Position numbers and translations under genes: made by a program
In this document: piece after piece, positions 27,672-37,011 of the stretch
Numbering within the stretch: position 1 is the stretch's first letter
Layout: every line of letters starts with the position of its first letter
The notes under the pieces: model-generated
What the model was told of the DNA's origin: nothing
Database searches by the model: none
The model's input: only the letters and a program-made list of their open reading frames with translations
Source of the DNA: an uncultured Lentisphaeria bacterium
GTDB lineage: Bacteria; Verrucomicrobiota; Lentisphaeria; Victivallales; Victivallaceae
Direction: 5' to 3'
Assembly (NCBI GenBank): GCA_949298075.1
Contig: CASFVA010000033.1
Span: 20,806 to 84,805 of the forward strand
DNA length: 64,000 nucleotides

Positions 27672-28820
27672 TCAGTCGGCGTCAATCCGACAATGATTAA
27701 ATTCAAATCCCCGGCACCGGCGCATTTCCGGAACCCGGTCAAACACGACTGCTTCAAACCGCACATCGGTCAATTCGGTTTCCGAACTGCCGCAGAAGCG
27801 GCAGGGCAATCCGCCCCGCATCCGCACCGCGGAAAAACTCACGCCGCCCAGGCGGTCAAGTCCAACCCCATCCTGAGCTTCGATCCAGATCGGCCGGCCG
27901 GTCACCTCAATGGCGGCGCCGCTGATGACAATCCGGTCGGTGAACAGCCGGGTTGCGGCACCCGGAACCAGGTAACGGCGCGGATTGTCAAACGCAATTC
28001 CATTGTAGCCACGCAAAACAACATTCGAAACAGTCACGTCGGTGATGGCCCCGTCATTGGGGCAGCCGATGCGGATCGCCTGACAGGCGCTGTCCAGCAC
28101 GCAGTTGCTCACCGTCACCCCGTACGAGTGCTGCCGCCGGGATGAATCCTTGGGGATCGCCCGGATGACCAAGGCGTCGTCGCCGGTGGCAATACGGCAT
28201 CCTGAAATCACCACCCGCCGGCAGGAATCCAGATGAATACCGTCATTGTTGATCATCCGCTGATCACCGGTAATGCAGACGTCGCGGATGTCCAGATCCT
28301 CGCATTCGGCAATCCAGCTGGTCCAGCTGGGGGAATCCTTGAGCGTCACTCCCGAGATCCGGATTCCCCGGCACTCCGAAAACACCAGCATCCGCGGACG
28401 CGGATGCGCGGGTTTGCGGTACATTCCACGCACCAGGGAGCCCGTCGGATCAGCGGCAATTTCCGCCGCGGTCGGAGCCGAGGTGTCAAAGAACTCCGGG
28501 CCGCGCATGTCAATGGTTCCGGCGCCGGTGATCGCAAAATTCTCTGCCCGCTCCGCCGTAATCAGACCCAGCAGCCGGTATCCGCTGGCATCGTGGCGCA
28601 GATCACCGGTCATCGCCGCCGGTGCCAGCGGCGGATAGTCGTCAAGATCTGTGCTGCCCAGCAGAACCGCTCCGCGCTCCAGATGCAGCTCGACGTTGCT
28701 CCGGAGCACCAGCGTACCGGTGGTCATCCGTCCCGGAGACACCACCACCCGGCCGCCTCCGGCGGCGTGGGCGGCGTCAATCGCCGTCTGAAGTCCGAGC
28801 TGTTCTGCGCTAAAATCCAC
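27672..28820 (-). CDS. Glycoside hydrolase family 28 (polygalacturonase/rhamnogalacturonase-like, beta-helix); no signal peptide
   Basis: The GH28 motifs NNDGIHL (NTDG-like), TGDDALVI (G/QDD), SYGVTVSN and AIRIG (RIK-like) are present, with repeated beta-helix rungs. Confidence 0.65.
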   Translation of the reverse strand: MDFSAEQLGLQTAIDAAHAAGGGRVVVSPGRMTTGTLVLRSNVELHLERGAVLLGSTDLDDYPPLAPAAMTGDLRHDASGYRLLGLITAERAENFAITGAGTIDMRGPEFFDTSAPTAAEIAADPTGSLVRGMYRKPAHPRPRMLVFSECRGIRISGVTLKDSPSWTSWIAECEDLDIRDVCITGDQRMINNDGIHLDSCRRVVISGCRIATGDDALVIRAIPKDSSRRQHSYGVTVSNCVLDSACQAIRIGCPNDGAITDVTVSNVVLRGYNGIAFDNPRRYLVPGAATRLFTDRIVISGAAIEVTGRPIWIEAQDGVGLDRLGGVSFSAVRMRGGLPCRFCGSSETELTDVRFEAVVFDRVPEMRRCRGFEFNHCRIDAD

Positions 28821-28832
28821 AGCGGAGACTCC

Positions 28833-30182
28833 TCACCGGTAGCGCGGCAGCATATCGCCGTGCGCGGCAATCAGGTCGTCGCAGAGCTTCTTGATGTCGT
28901 CGGCTGAAAGCTCGGCCGCGGTGTGCGGATCGAGCATGGCGGCCTGATAAATCCGGTCGCGCTTCAGCGTCAGCGCCGCATCAATGGTCAGCAGCTGAAC
29001 ATTGATGTTGGTCTGATTAAGCGCGGCGCACTGTACCGGAAGCGCCCCGACCCGGCACCCCTGCACCCCGTTGCGGTCCACCAGACAGGGAACTTCAACC
29101 ACCGCCTCGGAGGGCAGATTGTCAATCAGTCCGTGATTGAGCACGTTGCCGCCGATCCGGCAGGGGCGGTCCGTAACTGCCGCCTCCATGATCGCCGAGC
29201 CGTATTCCAGAGAGAGTTCGTGGCCGATATGCGGATCGCCGGAAAGCTCCTGATACTGCTTTTTCCATTCTTCAATCTGGCGGATACAGCGACGCGGATA
29301 TTCATCCAGCGGAATATTGTACTCATCAATCAACCCGGGATAGGCGGACTTGATCCACCACGGGGTGTATTCGGCGTTGTGCTCACTCGACTCGGTAATG
29401 TAATAACCGAAATCGCGCAGCACGGCCAGCCGCACCATGTTGCCGGATTTGTCCTCCCTGGCGGCCTTGCGCCAGGCTTTGAGTTTGGCGGCGGCCGTCC
29501 GGCGGATTTCCGGATACAGGTCGCGTCCGTTTTCAGAAATTTCCAGCAGCCAGGCCATGTGATTGATGCCGGCGATCCGGCTGCGGATGCCGGCGGCCCG
29601 TTCCGGAGTCCACTCCCAGCCGAGAGTTTGAAACAGCGACTGCACGCAGACCTGCACCGAGTGGCAGAGTCCGACGGTCCGGACCCCGGTTCCCCGCAGC
29701 ATGGCGCCAGTGAGCATCGCCATCGGATTGGTGTAATTGAGCAGCCAGGCATTCGGAGCCACAGCCTCAATGTCGCGGGCGAAATCCAGCATCACCGGAA
29801 TGGTCCGCAAAGCCCGGAAAATGCCGCCGATGCCCAGTGTATCGGCAATTGTCTGGCGCAGTCCGTATTTTTTGGGAATTTCAAAGTCGATCACGGTCGA
29901 CGGCTCGTAGCCGCCGACCTGAATGGCATTAACCACGAAATCAGCACCGCGGAGCGCGGCTTTGCGCGACCTTTCGCCGAGATGGGTGGTGATGACGGCA
30001 CGGCCGGAGTTGATGTTGGCGTTGATGGTATTGAGAATGAATTCCGATTCCTTCAACCGTTCACGGTCAATGTCATAAAGCGCGAAATGCGAATCCCGAA
30101 GCGATTCGCGGCACATGCAGTCTCCGATGACATTGCGGGCAAAAATCGTGCTCCCCGCCCCCATGAAAGTGATCTTGGCCAT
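28833..30182 (-). CDS. Glycoside hydrolase family 4 (NAD+/Mn2+-dependent alpha-galactosidase/alpha-glucosidase, MelA-like)
   Basis: The N-terminal Rossmann MAKITFMGAGSTIFARN is typical of GH4. The strong RBS AAGGAG lies 7 nt before ATG 30182, which is why I chose an internal start over the track start at 30314. Confidence 0.8.
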   Translation of the reverse strand: MAKITFMGAGSTIFARNVIGDCMCRESLRDSHFALYDIDRERLKESEFILNTINANINSGRAVITTHLGERSRKAALRGADFVVNAIQVGGYEPSTVIDFEIPKKYGLRQTIADTLGIGGIFRALRTIPVMLDFARDIEAVAPNAWLLNYTNPMAMLTGAMLRGTGVRTVGLCHSVQVCVQSLFQTLGWEWTPERAAGIRSRIAGINHMAWLLEISENGRDLYPEIRRTAAAKLKAWRKAAREDKSGNMVRLAVLRDFGYYITESSEHNAEYTPWWIKSAYPGLIDEYNIPLDEYPRRCIRQIEEWKKQYQELSGDPHIGHELSLEYGSAIMEAAVTDRPCRIGGNVLNHGLIDNLPSEAVVEVPCLVDRNGVQGCRVGALPVQCAALNQTNINVQLLTIDAALTLKRDRIYQAAMLDPHTAAELSADDIKKLCDDLIAAHGDMLPRYR

Positions 30183-30460
30183 GATTACTCCTTTAGAAAA
30201 TCCGCCGCCGTCTTGCCCTGCGAACCGGAACGGCGGACTTACGGCTCGCAACTGGCTGCTATTTCTTATTAATATACTCCCGTTTCCCGCCAAAGTAAAT
30301 CCGCCGGGACACAAAATATCCGCTTTTTTGCGGCAGATTGCCGGATTCCGGCTTGCATCAGCCTGAAAGCCGGGATATATTTCCGGGAAACGACGGTCCG
30401 GAAACGAACCCGCCGGATTTGCTCTAAATACCAGCAGAAACAGCAGAAAGCGGCATTTTA

Positions 30461-31111
30461 ATGGAATACACCGTCAAACGAGCTTTGCATCCGGCGGCGT
30501 CCGAAGCCGACTGGGACAATCCGGTCTGGCAGGCGGCGGAAACGGCAGTGGTCGCCTACGATTTCGGAAAGACTTTTGAACACCGGCCCGATACCCGGGT
30601 CCGTCTGCTCTACGACGACAACTTCATTTATGGCAGATTCCGGGTTGACGACCGCCATATCCGCGCTGAAATCCGCCATGACCAGGAACAGGTCTGCACC
30701 GACAGCTGCGTGGAGTGCTTCCTGCGGCCGGCCGGATGCGAACGCTACTTCAATTTTGAATTCAACTGCCTCGGCGTCCTGCTGCTCTACCACATCCGCC
30801 ACTGCCGCTCCGGCAATTTTGTCCAGGTCGCCCCGGAGGATCTGGCCGCCGTGCAGCGCCATCCCAGCCTGGAACCGTTTGAAGGCGAGCTGCCCGGGCC
30901 CCTGGTCTGGCAACTGGGTTTTGCCATTCCCGTGGCACTCTTCAGCCGGTATGACAAAGTCAATCCGCAGCTGGCCGGGCAGGTCTGGAGCGGCAACTTC
31001 TCCAAATGCGCCGACAACTCATCGCATCCGCACTGGCTCTCCTGGCAGCCATACTCCAGGCTGGACTTCCATTCTCCGGAGGAATTCGGAGTCATCCGAT
31101 TTGAAGCCTGA
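30461..31111 (+). CDS. Carbohydrate-binding family 9-like (DOMON-like) domain protein, cytoplasmic
   Basis: 216 aa with Trp-rich beta-sandwich-like features, WQLGFAIP and WSGNFSKCADNSSHPHWLSWQP; it resembles CBM9 / sugar-binding 'Carb_bind_9' proteins. This call is tentative. Confidence 0.4.
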   Translation: MEYTVKRALHPAASEADWDNPVWQAAETAVVAYDFGKTFEHRPDTRVRLLYDDNFIYGRFRVDDRHIRAEIRHDQEQVCTDSCVECFLRPAGCERYFNFEFNCLGVLLLYHIRHCRSGNFVQVAPEDLAAVQRHPSLEPFEGELPGPLVWQLGFAIPVALFSRYDKVNPQLAGQVWSGNFSKCADNSSHPHWLSWQPYSRLDFHSPEEFGVIRFEA

Positions 31112-31183
31112 TCTCCGACGGGATACTTCGGACCGGCCTCCGCCCGGGGGAATTTGTCAGGCGCCGCCTCCGCTCCGCGGGTG

Positions 31184-31226
31184 AAAAAAATGCAACGCCG
31201 CCGCCCCTCAATTCCGGGGCGGCGGC
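31184..31226 (-). terminator. Rho-independent terminator downstream of the flotillin gene (minus strand)
   Basis: An 11-bp GC stem GCCGCCGCCCC/GGGGCGGCGGC (31197-31226) is followed on the minus strand by TTTTTTT (a plus-strand A-run at 31184-31190). Confidence 0.6.
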
Positions 31227-31262
31227 ATCTGCCGCGACTCCAGTTCCCAAAGCCCGGCCTTG

Positions 31263-32738
31263 TTATTCGGCCGGCGCTGCCCCCGGTTCTCCGGCCGCCG
31301 GCGCCGCTTCCGCCGCGGCGGCAGGACCGGCCGTCGACTTGAGTTTGCCGAGGTAGCCGGGCAGGTCGAGTCCGGCCATGCCGGCGAGATCATGCAGCGG
31401 AGGCAGACTCTGCATCATGCCGGCCAGGAAATTGGCAGTGGTGGTTTTGCCGTCAGCACCGCGACCGCCATCCCAGACCGTGATCTTGTCGATCCGGAGG
31501 TTTTTGACGGCCTCGGTCTGCAGGGCAACCAGTTCCTGCAGTTTTTCAATCAGCAGAAGCTGACCGGCCGCATTGGCGTCGCCGCCGCAGGAGGCGATGA
31601 TCTCCTGATAACCGCGTCCCTTGGCCCGCAGAATTTCCAGATTTCCCCGCGCCTCGGCGTCAAGTTTGGCGAAAATGGCGTCAGCCCCGCCCTGAGCCTC
31701 GCGCCGAATGCGCTCGGCTTCGGCTTCAGCCGCAATTTCCACCTGCTGCTTGCTGATTTCAGCCGGAACAATGATTTCCGCCCGCTGGCGCTCGGCTTCC
31801 ATTGCCGCCCGGGACTTCTGAGCTTCGGCCTCGGCATCAAACCGGGCCTTCTCAATCAGAGCGTTGGCCACCATGCGGGCCGCTTCGCCGCGCCGGAACG
31901 CTTCGGCTTCCTCTTCCACCCGGGTCGCATTGGATTTGGCAATCTCGATGGCAGACAGGTTTTCACCCTGCGTCGCCGAAGCGTCGGCCTGCTTAACCGC
32001 AATCCGCCGCACCCGTTCGGCGTCGGCCTCGCCGCTGGCGGCTTCGGCCTCGGCCTTGGAAACCGAAATACGCTCAAGCTTTTTGGCTTCCGCCGCACCG
32101 ATGCTGCCCTTGCGGGTCTCTTCGGCCACATCGATTTTGGCCTTGTTGATGGCGCCCGCCGCCGCCCGCTGGCCGATGGCGGCAATATAGCCGGATTCAT
32201 CGGTGATGTCAGTAATGTTGACGTTGAGCAGTTCCAGACCGATTTTTTCCAGTTCCTCACCGACGTTGCTTTCCACCGAGCGCAGGAACGTTTCGCGGTC
32301 GGCGTTGATTTCTTCAATCGTCATGGAGGCGATAACCAGACGCAGCTGGCCGAAAATGATGTCCTTGGCCAGTTCGGCGATGGTCTCCGGACTCTGTCCG
32401 AACAGCCGCTCGGCGGCATTGCCCATCACTTCCGGCCGGGTGCTTACCCCGACCGTGAACACCGACGGCACGTTGATCCGGATGTTCTGTTTGCACAGCG
32501 CATTGTCCAGGTTGACCGAGATCTGAAGCGGACGCAGCGAAATGTAGCCATAATCCTGGATGATCGGCCAGACAAACTTGGCTCCACCATGCAGACACCG
32601 GGCGGCCTGATTGCCGAAAGTCTTGCCGTAGATGATCATGATCCGGTCAGAGGGGCATTTGCGATACCACGTCACCAGCGACATGAAAATCAGGCACACC
32701 ACAAACGCAGCCAGCGCGGCAAAAATCATCAACGACAT
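31263..32738 (-). CDS. Flotillin-like SPFH/band-7 domain protein
   Basis: N-terminal TM then an SPFH domain, followed by a long Ala/Glu-rich coiled-coil (EA-repeat) region that is characteristic of flotillins (FloT/YqiK-like). Confidence 0.85.
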   Translation of the reverse strand: MSLMIFAALAAFVVCLIFMSLVTWYRKCPSDRIMIIYGKTFGNQAARCLHGGAKFVWPIIQDYGYISLRPLQISVNLDNALCKQNIRINVPSVFTVGVSTRPEVMGNAAERLFGQSPETIAELAKDIIFGQLRLVIASMTIEEINADRETFLRSVESNVGEELEKIGLELLNVNITDITDESGYIAAIGQRAAAGAINKAKIDVAEETRKGSIGAAEAKKLERISVSKAEAEAASGEADAERVRRIAVKQADASATQGENLSAIEIAKSNATRVEEEAEAFRRGEAARMVANALIEKARFDAEAEAQKSRAAMEAERQRAEIIVPAEISKQQVEIAAEAEAERIRREAQGGADAIFAKLDAEARGNLEILRAKGRGYQEIIASCGGDANAAGQLLLIEKLQELVALQTEAVKNLRIDKITVWDGGRGADGKTTTANFLAGMMQSLPPLHDLAGMAGLDLPGYLGKLKSTAGPAAAAEAAPAAGEPGAAPAE

Positions 32739-32838
32739 CGACTAATCCTCCCTGGTTGAACAGTATTTTAATCTTATATTCGGCATGGTCTGGTTCTCAT
32801 TGCAAACGGCCGGCCGGTTCCGCCGGAAAAATGCGGCT

Positions 32839-33390
32839 TCAGATCTTTCTCACCAGAAATCCGCCGCCGATCACTTCCAGCACCTCGACCTCGCTGCCGG
32901 TGGCAATCGCCTCATCAGCCCGCGCCTGAACCTGACGGGTCCGGTCCGGAAGCACCACCGTGACTATACCGGACCCGGAGCGTCCCCCCGGTATCGACAG
33001 GTAAACCGTGCCGCGCCGGCCGATGAAATCAGCATTCTCCAGGTTCCCGGACTGCTGCATCCGGAGCAGCAGCCAAATCACGAACGCCGTGATGAACATC
33101 ATCAACAGTCCGCAGCCGAGCGCGATCACCAGGCCGCTCACTCCCCGGCCGCCAAACAACACCCCGCCCCAGCCGAAAAAGGCGATGAAAGCCACAATCG
33201 CCTTCATGGAAAAGAAGTTGAAGCCGTGAATGTCGGCAATGTCATGCGCCTCAACCTGAAAATCGGCGCCGTCGCTTTCGGAGGAAAGCCCAATCAGGCT
33301 CATGATGAATTGGATAACGAATATGGCCGTGCCGAATACGGCTATGAAAAGGTAGCTGTTTTCAATGAAATGCAACACGTCTTCCAGCAT
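32839..33390 (-). CDS. NfeD-family membrane protein (partner of SPFH proteins)
   Basis: 183 aa with N-terminal TM helices and a C-terminal OB-fold-like beta domain (GTVYLSIPGGRSGSGIVTVVL). It sits immediately upstream of the flotillin gene on the same strand. Confidence 0.7.
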   Translation of the reverse strand: MLEDVLHFIENSYLFIAVFGTAIFVIQFIMSLIGLSSESDGADFQVEAHDIADIHGFNFFSMKAIVAFIAFFGWGGVLFGGRGVSGLVIALGCGLLMMFITAFVIWLLLRMQQSGNLENADFIGRRGTVYLSIPGGRSGSGIVTVVLPDRTRQVQARADEAIATGSEVEVLEVIGGGFLVRKI

Positions 33391-33507
33391 GGGTCCAGCC
33401 TCCTTCCGGTTAATTCAGTGGAAATATAACACTGATCCGGGGTATTGCAATGATCCCGGAACAAAAAACCGTTTTTTTAATCAGCCGCATTCCGGGACGG
33501 GACGCTC

Positions 33508-35310
33508 TCACTCGCCGGGGGCGCCCCGGTGCGCCCTCCGGCGCGACCGTTTGCCGCCGGCCTCGTCCGAATCGGAACACCACGCGGTAAGTCTCTCGCC
33601 GAGGTAATTGAAAACAAATGCCAGCACGCCGGCCAGGAAGCCGTAAACCGCGCCGCAGGTAAGCGAAACATCAAAAGGATCACTGTTGAGCAGCAGCCGG
33701 AACGGCGCCTGATTGCTTGCCAGCATGAGATCGCCGGCCGCAGCCAGATTGAAAACCCCGTCGCGGGCCAGATCAGTCAGTTTGGCCGAGGCTTCCGGCG
33801 TCACTCCGGACGCGAAAAATCCGGACCAGTCCACTCCGGAAGCCATCAGTTCACCCGCCGTCATGCCGTCCGCGACCAGATCCCTGAGCGCAAGTTCAAT
33901 TCCCGAGGCGTCGAAAAACACATACCCCAGCCAGAACACCGTCGCCACCATCATGGCCGACCACGCGCAGTTCTTGGACGCCCGCTTGACGTAAAGCGCC
34001 GTCACCACCGGCACGAAAATAATCACCAGCTGAGAGGCCCAGCTGTTGATCATCAACTTGTAAATGCTGTCCACCTTGAGCGCCAGCAGCGTCGCCACCG
34101 CCGTGAGCAGAAAAGTCGCCACCCGGGTCGCAATCAGCAGCGTCCGCTCGGAAAGCCCCGGAAAAATCGGATGCACCACGTTGTTGATCAGCAGCGACGA
34201 ACCCGCCAGCAGGGAACTGTCCGCCGAACTCATGATCGCGGAAATCAGCGCACTCAAAAACAGCACCAGCACAATCGGACTGAGTTTTCCCAGCACCACA
34301 ATCGCCATGTTGGGCAGCACCTGATTCTCAAAATCGCCCGAAATTTCAATATTGTGCTCGGCAAAGACAATCCGGGCCGCAAAACCGATCGTAATCGGCA
34401 CCATCGCCAGCGCCAGATAGAAAAATCCGGCCATGATCGAGCTGGCCACCGCCACCTTTTCATTTTTGCTGGCCAGCGAACGCTGAATCACGTCCTGCCC
34501 CACCACGCAGCCCAGACCCATCACAATCCAGCTGCCGATGTAGTAGGTCCATCCGTTCAGTCCGGACACCCCGGCTCCGGGAGCGATGGAAAGTTCTCCG
34601 GCCGGCACCCGGCGGAATACCTCAACCCAGCCGCCGGCCTCGTGCACGGCTCCCGGCACGATCAGCAGCAGTCCCACAATAATCAGCGTCACCTGAATGA
34701 CGTCGGTAAGAGTCACCGCCCACATGCCGCCGACCATGGTGTAAATCAGCACGACACCGGCGCCGATCAGGGTTCCGACGTAAACGTCGATGCCCGTGAG
34801 AATATGGAGAATCGTCCCCATGCCCATGACCTGGGCGCCGAGCCACCCGATGTACACCGGAACCATCCACAGCGAGGTATAAATTCCCGCCCACTTGCCG
34901 TAACGCCGGCTGACAATATCCGTCACCGTCATGCAGCGGGCCCGCCGCAGCAGCCCCACCACGAATATGCCGGCAACGATCAGACTGAGTGACGCGGCAA
35001 AGGGATCTGCGATCACCCCGCCGATGCCGGAGGAAAACACCTCGGCGGCGACACCCATGCTCGATCCGGCTCCGAACCAGGTCGCCAGCAGCGTCGCCGT
35101 CGCCATCCACAGCGGCAGCCGGCGGCCGGCCACCAGAAAATCGCCCACGCCGTTGATCCGCCGGCTGCACCAGAATCCGACCGCAAGCATGCCGACGATG
35201 TAAATGGCAATGCCAATCCACAACATCGTCAAGGTGTCCTGGGAAAGTCCGAGTTTGAGCGCGCCGACTACCGGCGGCGCCGCTTCCGAAACGGCCAAGA
35301 TGGTTCCCAT
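33508..35310 (-). CDS. Sodium:solute symporter family (SSS) transporter
   Basis: 600 aa with about 13-14 TM segments. The N-terminal pattern is GDFLVAGRRLPLWMATATLLATWFGAGSSMG. There is a C-terminal cytoplasmic extension. Confidence 0.8.
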   Translation of the reverse strand: MGTILAVSEAAPPVVGALKLGLSQDTLTMLWIGIAIYIVGMLAVGFWCSRRINGVGDFLVAGRRLPLWMATATLLATWFGAGSSMGVAAEVFSSGIGGVIADPFAASLSLIVAGIFVVGLLRRARCMTVTDIVSRRYGKWAGIYTSLWMVPVYIGWLGAQVMGMGTILHILTGIDVYVGTLIGAGVVLIYTMVGGMWAVTLTDVIQVTLIIVGLLLIVPGAVHEAGGWVEVFRRVPAGELSIAPGAGVSGLNGWTYYIGSWIVMGLGCVVGQDVIQRSLASKNEKVAVASSIMAGFFYLALAMVPITIGFAARIVFAEHNIEISGDFENQVLPNMAIVVLGKLSPIVLVLFLSALISAIMSSADSSLLAGSSLLINNVVHPIFPGLSERTLLIATRVATFLLTAVATLLALKVDSIYKLMINSWASQLVIIFVPVVTALYVKRASKNCAWSAMMVATVFWLGYVFFDASGIELALRDLVADGMTAGELMASGVDWSGFFASGVTPEASAKLTDLARDGVFNLAAAGDLMLASNQAPFRLLLNSDPFDVSLTCGAVYGFLAGVLAFVFNYLGERLTAWCSDSDEAGGKRSRRRAHRGAPGE

Positions 35311-35470
35311 TGATTCCGGTGCCTCCCTGCTAAAGTCCGAAATTTGAATTTTTTAAAACTTCCAAGCGTCAAGAGTGCATAAAATATCACATTAACCGGC
35401 GGATTTCAAAACTTCCCGGCAATAAAATTCGTTTTTTGTGAATCAGGCCGCAACAGCTTCGGACAAATCA

Positions 35471-35494
35471 CCGGAATTGAACCGTCAATTCCGG
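35471..35494. promoter_or_regulatory. Perfect 10-bp inverted repeat CCGGAATTGA-N4-TCAATTCCGG (candidate operator)
   Basis: Read directly. It lies in the intergenic region about 160-185 nt upstream of the SSS transporter start and spans the stop codon of the aminoacylase gene. No T-run follows on either strand, so it is not a canonical terminator. Confidence 0.35.
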
Positions 35495-37011
35495 AAAACC
35501 ATCCTCCCGCCCAGCATGGTGAACTCCACGCCCCGGGCCGGAGCATGCGGCGCTGAAAAATCGCCGCCGCCACCGATTTCATCGGGGTCGAACGCGGTGA
35601 GATCGGCAGGCAGCCCCGGCGCCACCCGGCCAGCCCCGGCAAGCTGAAACACCGCCGCCGGCAGCCCGGTGGCGCGGCGGACCACGGACTCCACCGCCTC
35701 GCCGGCATCAAGCCGGCGCCGCACAAACTCGGCAATTGCGCCGAACGCCCGGGGATGCGCCCGGCCGAACCGGTAATCAGCCGGCAATGCGTTGCCGTCG
35801 CTGCCGGGCATCAGATAATCCAGCGCCAGAATCCGATCCAGATTGGCCGCGCTCATTCCGGCAAAGGCCGCCGTGGTGCCGGCAGCGTCATCGGCCAGCA
35901 GCTCCACAACCGCCAGGGCGGGATCCGGTCCGAGTTCACAGAGCGGCCGCCCGCAGCGTCCGACCCCGCGCGGCGATCCGGTCGACGCCAGAACCACTCC
36001 CTTCCAGTAATCTGCCGGACGGGAAGCCCGCAATTCTCCGGCCAGCCGGAGCCGGGTTTCCGCATCCTGCAGCCGCCGGCCGATGGCGCCGTCGTCGAGC
36101 CGGCTCCATTCCCCGGGCAGAATCACACTGAGCTGGGTCTGGGACTGAATATAAGGATAGCGATCCAAAGTGACCGCCATTCCGCTGCGGCGCCCCCGTT
36201 CAATGAGTTCCAGAGCGGCATCGAGTTTGCCCCAGTTGGCGGCTCCGGCGGTTTTAAAATGACTGATCTGCAAACGGCGCAATCCCGCCGCCGCCGCCCA
36301 ATCGAGAATTTCAGTCAGAGCTTCCAGCAGCCGGTCGCCCTCGCTGCGCAGGTGGACGGTGAAAATCCGGTCGTACTCCGCCGTCACACGCATCAGTTCC
36401 ATCATTTCCCCGGCGGTGGCGAACACCCCGGGAACATAGAGCAGTCCCGCCGACAGCCCGGGGGAGCCGGCGTCGAATTCCCGAGCCAGCAGGCGTTTCA
36501 TTTCAGCCAGTTCACCCGGAGTCAGGCCTTCCTTTTCGTAACCGGCCACCGCCGCCCGCAAGGTGTTGTGTCCGACCAGCGCCGGCAGCCGCAGAGCGGC
36601 GCCCCGACGGGCCAGTTCCGCCTGAAATCCGGAATAATCGCTCCAGCTGATCCGGACACCATAACCGGCGTAGAGTTCCTCCAGATGCGACCGGTTCCGC
36701 GGAGTCACCGGAAAAACCGACAGGCCGCAGTTTCCGGCGATTTCGGTGACGACCCCCTGAGACACCTTGGAAAAAGCCTCCGGGGCCGCCAGAAGCGACA
36801 TGTCCGAATGCCCGTGGGCATCAATGAACCCGGGGGCCAGAATCCGGCCGCCGAGGTCGATGACCCGCTCCGCCGCCGCCGCGCCGCAGTCGGAGGGTTC
36901 AACCGAGGCCACCCGGCCGCCGATCACCAGCACACCGGTTCTGCGCAGAGGCGCCCCGGTGCCGTCGGCCAGCCAGGCGTTAACGATCCTGAGTGAGGAG
37001 AGAGTGGACAC
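35485..37011 (-). CDS. N-acyl-D-amino-acid deacylase (D-aminoacylase), amidohydrolase superfamily
   Basis: The N-terminal domain is ADGTGAPLRRTGVLVIGGRVASVE and the metal-binding motif is PGFIDAHGHSD. GTG 37011 has a GGAG RBS 7 nt upstream. That start overlaps the 3' end of the upstream gene by about 30 nt, so the start is uncertain. Confidence 0.65.
   Translation of the reverse strand: MSTLSSLRIVNAWLADGTGAPLRRTGVLVIGGRVASVEPSDCGAAAAERVIDLGGRILAPGFIDAHGHSDMSLLAAPEAFSKVSQGVVTEIAGNCGLSVFPVTPRNRSHLEELYAGYGVRISWSDYSGFQAELARRGAALRLPALVGHNTLRAAVAGYEKEGLTPGELAEMKRLLAREFDAGSPGLSAGLLYVPGVFATAGEMMELMRVTAEYDRIFTVHLRSEGDRLLEALTEILDWAAAAGLRRLQISHFKTAGAANWGKLDAALELIERGRRSGMAVTLDRYPYIQSQTQLSVILPGEWSRLDDGAIGRRLQDAETRLRLAGELRASRPADYWKGVVLASTGSPRGVGRCGRPLCELGPDPALAVVELLADDAAGTTAAFAGMSAANLDRILALDYLMPGSDGNALPADYRFGRAHPRAFGAIAEFVRRRLDAGEAVESVVRRATGLPAAVFQLAGAGRVAPGLPADLTAFDPDEIGGGGDFSAPHAPARGVEFTMLGGRMVFRN

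Noticed and set aside
28923-30272. 449-aa plus-strand ORF
   Set aside because: It lies antisense to the GH4 gene, which has a clear Rossmann N-terminus and an RBS.
31260-32759. 499-aa plus-strand ORF
   Set aside because: It lies antisense to the flotillin gene. Its Gly/Arg/Phe-rich translation reflects the reverse of the Ala/Glu coiled coil.
33529-34992. 487-aa plus-strand ORF
   Set aside because: It lies antisense to the SSS transporter. The His/Arg/Gln-rich translation is low complexity.
35755-36996. 413-aa plus-strand ORF and 37232..38551 (439 aa)
   Set aside because: They lie antisense to the D-aminoacylase gene and to the glycogen debranching enzyme gene respectively.
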